A stretch of 64,000 nucleotides of DNA from the human T2T-CHM13v2.0 reference genome, Homo sapiens, in the NCBI RefSeq assembly GCF_009914755.1, contig NC_060931.1, one strand, 5' to 3'. Below are positions 31,377 through 45,426 of this stretch, piece by piece; positions within the stretch are counted from its first letter, which is position 1, and each line of letters opens with the position of its first letter. The notes under the pieces are model-generated. The model saw only the letters and a list, made by a program, of their open reading frames with translations. It was not told where the DNA came from and did no database searches. Both the position numbers and the translations under genes were made by a program.

Positions 31377-32580
31377 AGGTCTTACATGTAAGTCATTAAT
31401 CTATTTTGAGTTGAATGTTGTGTGTGGTGTAATATACACATGTGAATATCCAGTTTTCCTAACATTTGTTGAAGAAACTACTGTGTATTCTTAGCATCTT
31501 TGTCAAAGATCAATTAATCATATGTGTGTGTGTTTATTTCTGCACTCTCCATTCTATTCCATTGATTTATGTGTTTATCTTTAAGCCAATACAATACAGT
31601 TTTAATTGCAGTAGCTTTGTAATATATTTTGAAATCAGGAACAATGATGCCTCCAGCTTTCTTTTCTTTTCTAGAGATTGTTTTGGTTCTTCTGGATCTT
31701 TTATAGTTTAATATGAATCTTAGGATTGTTTTTACTATGTCCATAAAAAATGCCATTGGGATTTTGATAGAAATTGCATTTAAACTGCAGATCACTTTGA
31801 AGAGTATGATTATTTCAACAATATTAAGTCTTCCAATCCATGAACATGGGATTTTGTGAATATTCTTGTATGGTTTTAGCCTAATTAGAATGTTTCTAAT
31901 GTTTTGATTTTACATACAATGTTAGCTGTAAGTTTCAGACGGAATTATTTCTCAACTCTTAGTTTGTTCAGAGCTTTCTAAAATTATTATTAATGAAAGT
32001 TAATCATTTTTGGCATAGACTTGGTTTTTAACTTTGATTAAGTCCAGTTATTACTTTTAAAATTTTATGATGACTCTTTGTGTTCTAAGAAATATTTGAT
32101 TACCATCCCAAGATTGTAAAAATATTCTATACTTTTGGAAAACCTTTATAGTTGTAAACTTTTATGTGTAAGTCTGTGATCCATCTTGAACTACATTGCA
32201 TATTTTATGAAGGTGAAGGTTCATTATTTTCCATATGGAGTTTAAATTTTTCCAGCATCATTTATTTGAAAGAATTTCCTTTCCCTGTTGAACTACCTTG
32301 ATGTCTTTGGAGAAAATAAATTGACAGTATGTGTGGGACTCTTTCTGAACTCTGTATTTTTTTCATTGATCTATACATGGCATTACCACACCATTTTAAT
32401 TGCTGTAGTTTAATAGTAAAGTGCACGTTTTCTACCTTTTTTCTTTCTGACTCTTCTGGGTACTTGACATTTCCAAATCAATTTTAGAATCAGATTGTCA
32501 AGTGCAACAAAAAATGGTTGGGATTTTTATTATGATTGCATTGAATCTATAGAATACTTTCGATTAAAAGTGACATCTTG

Positions 32581-32882
32581 GGCCAGGTGCAGTGGCTCGC
32601 ACCTGTAATCCCAGCACTTCGGGAGGCCAAGGTGGGCAGATCACAAGGTCAAGAGTTCAAGACCAGCCTGGCCAACATAGTGAAACCCCATCACTGCTAA
32701 AAATACAAAAAAAAAAAAAATTAGCCGGGCATGGTGGCAGGTGCCTGTAGTCCCAGCTACATGGAAGGCTGAGGCAGGAGATTCGTTTGAACCCGGGAGG
32801 TGGAGGTTGCAGTGAGCCAAGATCGCATTGCACCACTGCACTGCAGCCTGGGTGACACAGCGAGACTCTGTCTCAAACCAAA
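32581..32882 (+). mobile_element. AluS
   Basis: Full dimer; TSD AAAAGTGACATCTT at 32566 and 32883. Confidence 0.92.
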
Positions 32883-34344
32883 AAAAGTGACATCTTAACA
32901 ATTAGTCTTCTAATTAATGAATATGATACACTTTTTTGGTTTCTTTAATTTTTTTCAGCAATACTTGGTTGTTTTCAGCAATAAGATATATTTCTCTTTT
33001 TAAATTTATGACATATTTTTATCTTCTTTGATGGTATTGTAAATTTTAAAGTTAATTTTATTTTCCAAACCTTCGATTCTAGTTTATGGTATACAATCAA
33101 TTTTTTATATTTACCTTGTATTTTGCAACTTTGCTTAATCATCTATCAGTTCTAGTAGGTTGATTTTTCCCCAAGATTCCTTAGGATACAAAATCGTGCC
33201 TTTGCCTATATGTTTATATTTTTTTTCAATCTTTATACCTATTATTTATATTCCCCTTGTATTGCACTAGCTAGCACTTCAATATAACATTTAGTAGAAT
33301 TGGGGGAAGCAGACATTCTTGACTTGTTAAAGGTCTTATGGGAAAGTTTTTAATAATTGACCATTACATATAATGTTAGCCAGAGGTGTTTTATAGATAC
33401 ACTATATCAAATTGGAGCAGTTTGCTAAGAGATTCTGTGTGTGTGTTTATCACGAATGAATATAAAGCTTATCACATTATTTTCTTCATTTATTTATATC
33501 ATGATATAGTTTTTCTCTTGTATTATGCTAATATGGTGAATAAATGCTTCATTTTCAAGCTTGCATTGATAGATAAACCTCATTTGGTCATGACACGTGA
33601 TCTTTTTCATGTATTATTAGAATCAGTCTGTTAATATGTTACATATATTTACATCTATGTTCATGAGGTATATTGGTCGATAAGGGTTATGCTGGCCTGG
33701 AAGCAGACACATGTCAGGATATATTCCTCTTTCTCTATTTTGTAAAATAGTTCATATAGTATTAAATTATTTTTCTTATTTGGGCATAAAATTTCCTTTA
33801 TACAAATATTTTAATTATATACTCAGTTTAAGTAACAGATACATGGTAATTCAGTTTCTTGTTACCCTTTGCTAAATTGTATTTTTCAAGTAATTTTTAT
33901 TTAATCTAAGTTTTAAAAGCTTATGGCATAAAGTTGTTGTAATATTCCATCATTGTGTAACTTCATTACTATGAGGTCTTTAGTGATATGCCCTCTTTCA
34001 TTTACAATACTGAAAATTTGTATATAGCCTATTTTTCTTATGTAGTCTAGCTTTGGGTTTGTCTTTTTCTATCTTTATTAAAAAAACCTTGTATGTTTGT
34101 CAGCTTCCATTTTTTTGTTTTCTATTTAATTAATTTTCTAACTTTTGTTAGTTTCTTCTCTCAATTCACTTTGAAAAATAAGTCATTTATTTCAGCTCAT
34201 AAGTTGTAACTTACATCCTTATTCTGAACATGTTGTATTCTCTAATATAAGCATTTATAGTTTCCACTAAGAACTGCATTAGCAACATCCAACAAACTTT
34301 GATATGGTATGTTTTAATTATCATTCAATTTAAAATATTTTCTA

Positions 34345-34671
<327 letters not shown>

Positions 34672-37292
34672 CTAATTTCCCTTTTGATTTCTTGTTTAAC
34701 TCATGGATTATTTGGTAGTATATTGTTAACTTTCAGGTATTTCAGACTTTACCATTATTGTATTGTTCTTAATTTCTAACTTATTTCTATTGTGATCAGA
34801 GACAATATAGTGAAATATGTAAATATTTGAAGTTTATTGTGATTTTATTATCTGGCTTATGATTCATTAAATATTCAATGTGCATTTCAAAAGAAAGTAT
34901 ATTCTGCAGTTATTCAGTAAGTGTCAATTTGGTCCAGATGATTGACAGGGTTGTTCAGATCTTCCGTAATCTTACTGATTTTATATATTTATATCAATTA
35001 TTGAGATGTAATGAGTTATCTGTTTTTCATTTAATTCAGGAAATTTTTGTTTCATATATTTTGAATCTCTGTTCTTAAATATACACACATTTAAAATACT
35101 TATGTCTCCCTAATAAACCCTTTTATCATCAGGAAATATTTGTCTGTGAAAATATTCCTTGTACTGAAATCTACTTTGTCTGACATTAACATGGTCATGT
35201 CAGCATTCTTACTTTTTACATTATATTTTTTCCATTTTTGACTTTCAACTCATATATATCTTTAATTGAAAAAGCATGTCCTTTTGCCAGATGCTATATA
35301 TCATGGGTATTCTAATTTTGCATTTTGAGTATAGAAATGTATGTCAATTGCCTACTAGAATAATAAAATAGAAATGTTTAAAATAACACAACAGAACTCA
35401 AAATTGTTACAAGGCTGGCTTTATTATCTACAATGTCCAGTTTTATTACTAAAATTTACCAGATATGTAAAAAGATGGAAAAGTATGACCTATACTCAAA
35501 AAAGGGCAATCAATAGAAATTGACTGAATGGGCCCAAATGTTATAATTAGTAGACACAGATTTCAAAGCAGTTGTTAAAAATATGTTGAATAAATTCAAA
35601 AAAGTTCAATAATTAAATAAAATATAATGTTAATTAATAGACTAGACAGAAAATCCCAACAGACAAATGCAAACTATGCAAAATGTAAATTCTAAAGGTG
35701 GAAAGTACAATAACTGAAATAAAAAAGATTCACTAGATGAGCTCAACAAATAATAAATGACAAAAAATGTATAAACTTGAAAATAAATCAACATATGTTA
35801 TCTGCACCCAAAGAATGAATTAAGAGAATAAAACTAAACAGAGTTACAGAGACCTGTGGGGCAACATCACACTCTCACATATGTGTAATTGGAATACGAG
35901 ATTGAGAATAGAGAAAGAAGGCAAGAAAATGTTAGAAGGAATATGATCAAAAACTTGAAATTCGATGGAAAATATTAACGTAGGAGTCTGAGAAACTCAC
36001 AAAACACACGCAGAATAAATGCAAAGAAAACCACCACTAAGCATATCATAGTCATTTTGTTGAAAGCCAAATTAAGGAGAAAATCTTGATAGGCAGAGAA
36101 TAATGACATATTGCATACTGCAGAACAATGATAATGTTAAATACTGATGTCTCATCAGAAACTATGGAAGCCATCATACTTTAGAAAGATACATTCAAAG
36201 CGCTGAAGAGAGGGAATAAAAAACATGTCAAGCAAGAACTCTGTATCCATAAAACATTTTTAAAAATGAAGGAAAAATTAATACATTTTCAGATAAACAG
36301 AACTGAGAGCATTTGTCACTAGAAGACGTACATTACAAGTAATCCTATAGTGTTCTGCAGACTGAAGAGCGATGAAACGAGATGGCAATTCTGATGCCTA
36401 GAAGAAATGAAGACAACCAAAAATGATGGTAAGTATGTGAGTTAGTAAGTTAAGAACTCTTCTCTCTCTCTCTCTCTCCCTCCCCTCACCACATGTGTGT
36501 ATCTGTATTTTCTAAAAAACATGACATTTTAACAAAAATTATAGCACTTTATTGATGAATTTACAAGATATATAAATATAATGCCTAAAATGATAATAAC
36601 ATTAAGGATGGGGGAGAGATGACTAGAAATATACTGTTGCAAGTTTTCTATATTTCACCTAAAAAAAATCAATACTAATTCCAAGTAGGTAAGGCTAAGT
36701 TATAGGTGTATATTTTACACTCTAAAGCAATAAGTTAAAAATAATTTCAAAACATATAGTTAGAAAACTAAAAAAGGCATTAAAGTGGAATGCTTAAAAA
36801 TGTTCAATTAAAATAAGGCATCTAAGGAACAAATGACAAAAACAAATAAGACAAATAGAAAAATGGGACACCTCAGTACAACCATATCAGTAATTACATT
36901 AAATGTATATGGACTAGATACTCCAATAAAAAGGCAGCAATCAAGATTTTTCAAACTGTGTAAAAAAGTAAGAACCATCAATATGCCATCCACAAAATAA
37001 TGCACTTTAAATATAAAAACACAAATAAATTGAAAATAAAAGGATGGAAAACAGTAAACATAATAAAGTGGAGTAGCTATACTAATATCAGCCAACATGA
37101 AATTCAAGACAAAGATACTAGAGACGGAGGGACATTTTGTAATGATAAAGAGACAGTTCAAAAGAAGACATAACAACTGCAAACATATGAGCCTAATAAA
37201 TGAACTTCAAAATATATACAGGAAACTGACAGAACTAAAGGAAGTCATGCACAATTCCCACAGTCATAATTGGAGACTCTATCAGACTTTCT

Positions 37293-38411
37293 TTTTGCCA
37301 TGTAGATTTTCCAAATGTTAATATTCTTTTTATTTATCAGGTTTTATAAAGGAATAAAACATTACAAATACAGCTGACGTCCCGCCTTTCTATCACATTC
37401 TCCTCCCTCTTTCTTTGGGCATTGGTAAGCTAATAATAATTCAGGATGTAAATCTCTGGAGTGTGTGTTCTTGGAGTGCAGCACTATATCTTATTAATCT
37501 TGAATTTTTAGCTAATAGCAGTGCCTGACTCTAGAAGAGACAAATGAATTTTCAAACAATTAAATAATAAATGAATGAAAGGGATTGTTTTTATAATAAT
37601 AATAATTTTTATCTTTGCCATATGTAATAGGGGCTCTGTAAATGTTTGATGGGTTTGGGAATTAATAAAATAGCTTTGATTTCTTACTGAGAATAATTGC
37701 CCCTAGGTGTTTTTTTTTTATACTTTAAGTTCTAGGGTACATGTGCACAACGTGCAGGTTTGTTACATAGTTATACATGTGCCAAGTTGGTTTGCTGCAC
37801 CCATTAACTCGTCATTTACATTAGGTATTTCTCCTAATGCTATCCCTCCCACACTTTCCCACCCCAGGACAGGCCCTAGTGTTTGATGTTCCCCACCTTG
37901 TGTCCAAGTGTTCTCATTGTTCAATTCCCACCTGTGAGTGAGAACATGCGATAGTTCTTGAGACAGTTTGCTCAGAATGATGGTTTCCAGCTTCTTCCAT
38001 GTCCCTGCAAAGGACATGAACTCATCCTTTTTTATGGATGCATAGTATTCCATGGTGTATATGTGCCACATTTGCTTAATCCAGTCTATCATTGATGGAC
38101 ATTTGGTTTGGTTCCAAGTCTTTGCTATTGTGAATAGTGCTGCAATAAACATATGAGTGCATGTCTCTTTATAGTAGCATGATTTACAATCCTTTGGGTA
38201 TATACCCAGTAATGGGATCGCTGGGTCAAATGGTATTTCTAGTTCTAGAACCTTGAGGAATCGCCACAGTAGTTCAATGGTTGAACTAGTTTACACTCCC
38301 ACCAACAGTGTAAAAGCGTACCTATTTCTCCACATCCTCTCCAGCATCTGTTGTTTCCTGACTTTTTAATGATCGTCATTCTAACTGGTGTGAGATGGTA
38401 TCTCATTGTGG
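37293..38411 (-). mobile_element. 5'-truncated L1PA (L1PA4-6-like) with ~420-bp 3' transduction
   Basis: L1 body 37710-38411. TSD TCTATCAGACTTT at 37278-37290 and 38412-38424; the right copy runs into TT/AA, an L1 endonuclease site. Confidence 0.88.
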
Positions 38412-38477
38412 TCTATCAGACTTTTTAAGTAATTGTTAGAACAACTACACCAAAAAAAAGGGTCCTTAAGAATCTGA

Positions 38478-38914
<437 letters not shown>

Positions 38915-39582
38915 TAAACAAATCTTAGCAGATTTCAAAAGCCTGGAATCTTACAGAATATGTTCTCTGACCACAACAGAATTAAGGAAATCAGCAATGA
39001 TAAAACACCTAGAAAAGTCCTATCTGGAAATCAGACAACTAATATGTAAATAACCAACCCATAAGTAAAAGAAAAAAAAAAGTAAATTAGAAAATATTTA
39101 TAAATGAATGGTGATTTTAAAAACACAACATGTCGAAATTTATAGGATGCAATTAATAAGTCAGTTCTTCAAACTTTATCCCTTAAACATTTTATGTTAG
39201 TAAAGAACCCTTTAATTTTGAAGATTATGTTAACTAATTTTTATTACTTTGTTCATAAGCCTCATGTTGCTTTTGTTGTTGTTGCTGTTATTAGCGTTTT
39301 CATTGAAATATATATCTTCACTCATATAAATATCTGTCATATGCCTAATAACAAGGTGCCAGGTTTTCTTGGTTTTACTCACCTACACATAGTTGGTGAT
39401 TGAATGCACTTTGAAAACTAGATCTAGTGAAATGGCAGACATCTGGTGCTGCTCTTCTTGTCAGAAGTCAGCTCGTCTCCTCTTCTCTAATATTCTGAAC
39501 GCATATACCATACTCATCCTACATTTCCATTCCTTCTTTTCCTATCGCTGTCCCCGTGTAAGCCATCATTTAAAATTATTAT

Positions 39583-40503
39583 CCAGCAGAGTCGTGGAAC
39601 CACCTTATACTAGTTAATGAGAACAAATTGTTAGGTTTCAGGAATTATGTGAGATGATCATTAATCACAACCATTACAAAAAATATATAAAGTAACAAAT
39701 TATTTATATTTAAAATATAAGTAATAAATTTCTCAAACTTATTACTTCCTTATCACTTTATCACATTTTACTATTTTCTGCGCTCTTAAAATTACTTATA
39801 TATATTGTATCTTTAGGTAAAAACACCAACCATATAATGAAGTGGTAGTGCATATCTTTTGTGTCCCATGGCATCATGCTGGTAACTTGAAAGTGAACAT
39901 GGTGGGAATATTTACACCATGGAAATCTGCAAATGCTACAAATTAGCACTTTATTGATTTGTTGATCATTAATGCAGATTAAAAGTTAAAGTGTGTTGCA
40001 TCTGTAGTTGTTACATTCTAAAAAGCACCCAATATTTGAGAAATAATCTTCCAGTATTTGCAAACTATTACCATATTCAGCAAGAAGTCGTTTATGTCAT
40101 TGATGAATCAGTGAAATTCTAACTTATATCTTCATTGTTTCACTTTGTCCAACTCATTAATGTATATTGAAATGTTGGCCAACATTCTTACTGGACCTAC
40201 ACACATTCATTGATGACATGAATAATTTCTTTGCTGAATCATATAGTAAACAAGCATTTATTCATCTTCTGAACAAATTGCAACTGTGAATTAGCTATGG
40301 AAACACGAGTTTGGCAAAAATTAAACAAAAACACTTTTGTAAAAATCAATTGACTATATGGGATTTGCAGTAAAGAGTACTGTATATTTTATAATATATA
40401 TTAAAAATGTGAAACATCATTTTAACAGTTAAATTCATAATACTTTGTTGTATACATTTTTTTCCAAGAGAACTGGTTATTAACATTTACCAGCATACCA
40501 CCG
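39583..40503. mobile_element. hAT DNA transposon remnant (MER63-like)
   Basis: Right end ...AACATTTACCAGCATACCACCG resembles the MER63 terminus; the left end is degenerate. Confidence 0.6.
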
Positions 40504-41156
40504 ATTATGACTCTCAGGATGTCACAAGTTAATTTTTCCATTTTCTCACCCTTGCTTTTCTTATTTAGAAAGAACTGTGATCTTCCATAAATACAGCAAA
40601 AAAGGTAGTAAAAGGTAGAAAATAGTACATAAATTGCATTATGAATCAGTGCCTGGACTGCAGAGGGATGGCTACTGTTTTGGTTTATTGCAACTCGCTG
40701 AGTCTCTGAGACAGAAAGCAGACAGGGAGGTCCAAAGCCTCTTTCTGATTAGTTTCAGGCTGGCAGATTTGCTCGGATATAGAAACTGCACAAAATGTTT
40801 ATCTCAATCCAAACCCATCAATCTTGCAGTTCCCAACAGGTTGCAGTTGTAATAGGTTCACCCATTCTGTTTTATTATTATGAGTTTTTATTATTCTCAG
40901 TGCCTTAATTTCATATACAATGGGAAAAGAGAATATGTAATTTAGTATTATCATGCAGGTGACTTTTAAAATTGGAATTCAGAATCCGTGATTTTGATCT
41001 AGTGGAGATAGGAGAAATTTTTTAAAAGTTATATAAAGTTCTCCTGGATAGATGACTAGCTTACTTCTATCTCTAGCTGAAGTGATAAAATTAAAGTAAG
41101 TCCCTATACCATTTATTTTCTTTATAGTCTACTTAATTACCTGGACCAGATTTCTT

Positions 41157-41783
41157 CTTTTTTTAAGCATTGTGTCTTTATTTTATTAAACTTTAAAAAT
41201 ATTTTTCAACTTTTATTTTAGAAATGAGGGGTACATGTGCAGATTTATTGCATGAGAATATTGCATGATGCTGAGGTTTGGGGTACAAATCCCATCACTC
41301 AGGTAATGAGCATAGTACTTGGTAAGTAGTTTTTCAACCCACGTCTCCCTCCTTGTCTCCCACTTATAGTAATCTGCAGGTCTATTGTTCCAATATTTAT
41401 GTCCATGTGTGCTCAGTGTTTAGCTTCCACTTACAAGGAACAACATGCAGTATTTGGTTTTCTGTTCCCACATTAATTCATTTAAGACTATAACCTCTAA
41501 TTGCATCCATGTTGCTGCAAAGGATATGATTTCATTCTTTTTAATGGCTGTGTAGTATTCCATGGTGTATATGTTTATATACACATTTTCTTTATCCAGT
41601 GTACCATTGATGAGCACCTGGATTGATTCCATGTCTTTGCTATTGTGAATAGCTCGGTGATGAACATATGAATGCATTGTCTTTTTGGTAGAATAATTTA
41701 CTTTCCTTTGGGTGTATATCCAATAAGATTGCTGGGTCAAATTGTAGCTCTCTCTGTTTTAAATTCTTTGAGAAATCACCAGA
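41157..41783 (-). mobile_element. 5'-truncated older L1PA/L1PB 3' end
   Basis: ORF 41420-41740 (-) is the L1 ORF2 C-terminus; TSD CAGATTTCTT at 41147 and 41784. Confidence 0.85.
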
Positions 41784-42666
41784 CAGATTTCTTGGATTCA
41801 AAAATTAAGAATTTTGTTTATCTTCATTAAAGAGTACATAAATGTGTCAAGAATATCTGCTATTTCCAAATGCACTAGTTTGCTATCTAATTTTAAAGTG
41901 TTTATGCAAAAATGGTGATGCTAGGTGCCAGAGAGGATTTCAAGAGGAAGAGAGCAAAGCGAAAACAATTCTACAATCCAGTTCTTATTTTCTGGGTCTT
42001 CATATATATTTAGAAATCATGAGAACACACAAATGAAACAATTAGGCACTAATAAACTTGTGCCCCAAGGAAAGCAAATTGAGCACTATACATAGTGCTG
42101 TGTGAGGGTAAGAAAAGGCAGGTCAATATAAGAGAGTACCTTTAATGAATGTTGAAAGATAAAGTCAAATATATTTAAGGAGCAAAACAAACTATTAGGT
42201 CCCTTCAGAAGTAACATCTCTCATAGGCTTTTTGGCAGTTATAGCTTACACTCTCCTATAATAAAATATACATTGTCTTGTAACCAACATTTGCAGAGAA
42301 TTTGCCCTTAAAGTCAATTCTGGGCAGACCCAAGTCAAAGGCTCTTCAGGTTTATGTTTTAAAGCCTCAACATTCAAAGTTTTTGCAATTAGTAGTAATG
42401 ATGTAAAAAAAAAAAAAAACTAATTACACCTTCCTTCCATGTATTGGCCACTGGTAAATGTTTGTTCTAATTTGAGAATACATTGAAACTTCTTGCATCA
42501 AAGTGTTATATGAAGAATTTGCCTGAAATATTTGCATGAGCATTTCACCATGTGAACTATTGTGTTGAATCAAAGAAGAATCAAAAGTCAGTTTACTAAC
42601 AGTCTGACTCTGGTGAAATAGCAATTATAGGAAATACATAAAACTTCTTTGAAAATAGCAGATGGT

Positions 42667-43696
42667 TTTAGACCCTTGAGGAATCGCCACACTGTCTTCC
42701 ACAATGGTTGAAATAATTACACTCCCATCAACCGTGTAAAAGCGTTCCTATTTCTCCACATCCTCTCCAGCATCTGTTGTTTCCTGACTTTTTTTAATGA
42801 TCGCCATTCTAACTAGTGTGAGATGGTATCTCATTGTGGTTTCGATTTGCATTTCTCTAATGACCAGTGATGAAAAACTTTTGTTCATATGTTTGTTGGC
42901 CTCACAAATATCTTCTTTTGAGAAGTGTCTGTTCATATCCTTTGCCCACTTTTGGATGGGGCTGTTTGTTTTTTTCTTGTAAATTTGTTTAAGTTCCTTG
43001 TAGATTCTGGATATTAGCCCTTTGTCAGATAGATGGATTGCAAGAATTTTCCCCCATTCTCTAGGTTGCCTGTTTACTCTGATGATAGTTTCTTTGGCTG
43101 TGCAGAGGCTCTTTAATTAGATCCCATTTGTCAATTTTGGCTTTTGTTACCATTTGACCCAGCAATCCCAGTACTGGGTATATATCCAAAGGATTATAAA
43201 TCATTCTATTATAAAGACACATGCACATGTGTGTTTATTGGAGCACTATTCACAATAGCAAAGACTTGGAACCAACCCAAATGCCCATCAACGATAGATT
43301 GGATAAAGAAAATGTGGCACATATATACCATGGAATACTATGCAGCCATAAAAAACGATGAGTTCATGTTTTTTGCAGGGACATGGATGAAGCTGGAAAC
43401 CATCATTCTCAGCAAACTAACACAAGAACAGAAAACCAAACACCGCATGTTCTCACTCATAAGTGGAAGTTGAACAATGAGAACACGTGGACATAGGGAG
43501 GGAAACATCACACACTGGGGCCTGTCAGGGGGTGGGGGGCTAGGGGAGGGATAGCATTAGGGGAAATACCTAATGTAGATGACAGGTTGATGGGTGCAGC
43601 AAACCACCATGGTATGTCTATATCTATGTAACAAACCTGCACTTTCTGCACATGTATCACAGAACTTAAAGTATAATAAAAAAAAAAAAAAGGAAA
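42667..43696 (+). mobile_element. L1PA (L1PA6/7-like), 5'-inverted by twin priming
   Basis: TSD GAAAAT(A/T)GCAGATGGT at 42651-42666 and 43697-43712; inverted part to ~43150, then sense part to the poly(A) at 43678-43691. Confidence 0.92.
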
Positions 43697-43931
43697 GAAA
43701 ATTGCAGATGGTGAAGTGAAGGAGTACTACATGTCCTGTCTTGATAGGATATGATCCTGGTCAAAAATCCTTCTGTAGGTAGCCGTGCTCATCTATTAGG
43801 TCCACTCCAGGGATGAGGATCCCTACAAAAAGGTTCATTGTGTCCCTCTCTACTCTACAGTTGCTTTCTGTATCTCAGCCTGTGGATTAATCAGAAACTA
43901 TTGTGAAAAATTATTTCCAGATGCTGCAAGT

Positions 43932-44740
43932 GGGAGGGAGGAAGGAAAGTAAAGAGAAAAAAAAGAGAAAAAGAAAGAAAGAGAAAGAAAGAAAAAGAAG
44001 AGGAAGAAGAAGAAGAGGAAGAGGAAGAAGAAGAAGAAGAAGAAGAAGAAGAAGAAGAAGAAGAAGAAGAAGACGAAGGAGATGGAGGAGACGGAGGAGA
44101 CGGAGGAGGAGGAGGAGAAGGAGGGGAAGAGGAAGGAGAAGAGGAAGGAGAAGGAGAAGAAGAAGAAGAAGACGAAGGAGACGAAGGACACGGAGGAGAC
44201 GGAGGAGACAGAGGAGACAGAGGAGGAGGAGGAGGAGAAGGAGGGGAAGAGGAAGGAGAAGAGGAAGGAGAAGAGGAAGGAGAAGAGGAAGGAGAAGTGG
44301 AAGGAGAAGAGGAAGGAGAAGGAGGAGGAGGAGAAGAAGAGGAAGAGGAAGAAGAAGAAAGAAGAAGAAGAAAGAAGAAGAAGAAGGAGAAAGAAGAAGA
44401 AGAAGGAGAAGGAGACGGAGGAGGAGGAGAAGGAGGGGAAGAGGAAGGAGAAGGAGAAGAAGAAGAAGATGAAGGAGATGAAGGAGATGGAGGAGACGGA
44501 GGAGACGGAGGAGGAGGAGGAGAAGGAGGGGAAGGGGAAGGAGAAGAGGAAGGAGAAGTGGAAGGAGAAGAGGAAGGAGAAGGAGAAGGAGGAGGAGAAG
44601 AAGAGGAAGAGGAAGAAGAAGAAGAAAGAAGAAGAAAGAAGGAGAAGAAGAAGAAGAGGAAGAAGAAGAAGAAAGAAGAGGAAGAAGAAGAAAGAAGAGG
44701 AAGAGGAAGAAGAGGAAGAGGAAGAAGAAGAAGAAGAAGA

Positions 44741-44774
<34 letters not shown>

Positions 44775-45426
44775 AGAAGAGGAAGAGGAAGAAGAGGAAG
44801 AAGAAGAAGAAGAAGAGGAAGAGGAGGAAGAAGAGGAGGAAGAGGAGGAGGAGGAAGAGGAAGAGGAAGAAGAGGAAGAGGAAGAGGAAGAAGAAGAGAA
44901 AGAAGAAGAAGAAAAGAAGAAGAAAGAAGAAAAGAAGAGGAAAAGAAGAAGAAAAGAAGAAGAAAAGAAGAAGAAGAAGGAAGAAGAGGAAGAGGAAGAG
45001 GAAGAAGAAGAAGAAGAAAGAAGAAGAAGAAGAGGAAGAGGAAGAGGAAGAAGAAGAAAAGAAGAGGAAGAGGAAGAAGAAGAAGAAGAAGAAAAGAAGA
45101 AGAAGAAAAGAAGAAGAAGAAGAAGGAAGAAGAGGAAGAGGAAGAGGAAGAAGAAGAAGAAGAAAGAAGAAGAAGAAGAGGAAGAGGAAGAGGAAGAAGA
45201 AGAAAAGAAGAGGAAGAGGAAGAGGAAGAAGAAGAAGAAGAAGAAGAAAAGAAGAAGAAAAGAAGAAGAAGAAGAAAAGAAGAAGAAGAAGAAGGAAGAA
45301 GAGGAAGAGGAAGAAGAAGAAGAAGAAGAAGAAGAAGAAGAAGAAGAAGAAGAAGAAGAAGAAGAAGGAGAAGGAGAAGGAGAAGAAGAAGAAGAAGAAG
45401 AAGAAGAAGAAGAAGAAGAAGAAGAA
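43932..45426 (+). repeat. Complex polypurine (GAA/GAG/GGA/GAAA) tandem repeat, ~1.5 kb
   Basis: Read directly. No pyrimidine from 44560 to 45426. Pure GAA runs of 16 (44024-44071), 19 (45310-45366) and 15 (45382-45426). Confidence 0.99.
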
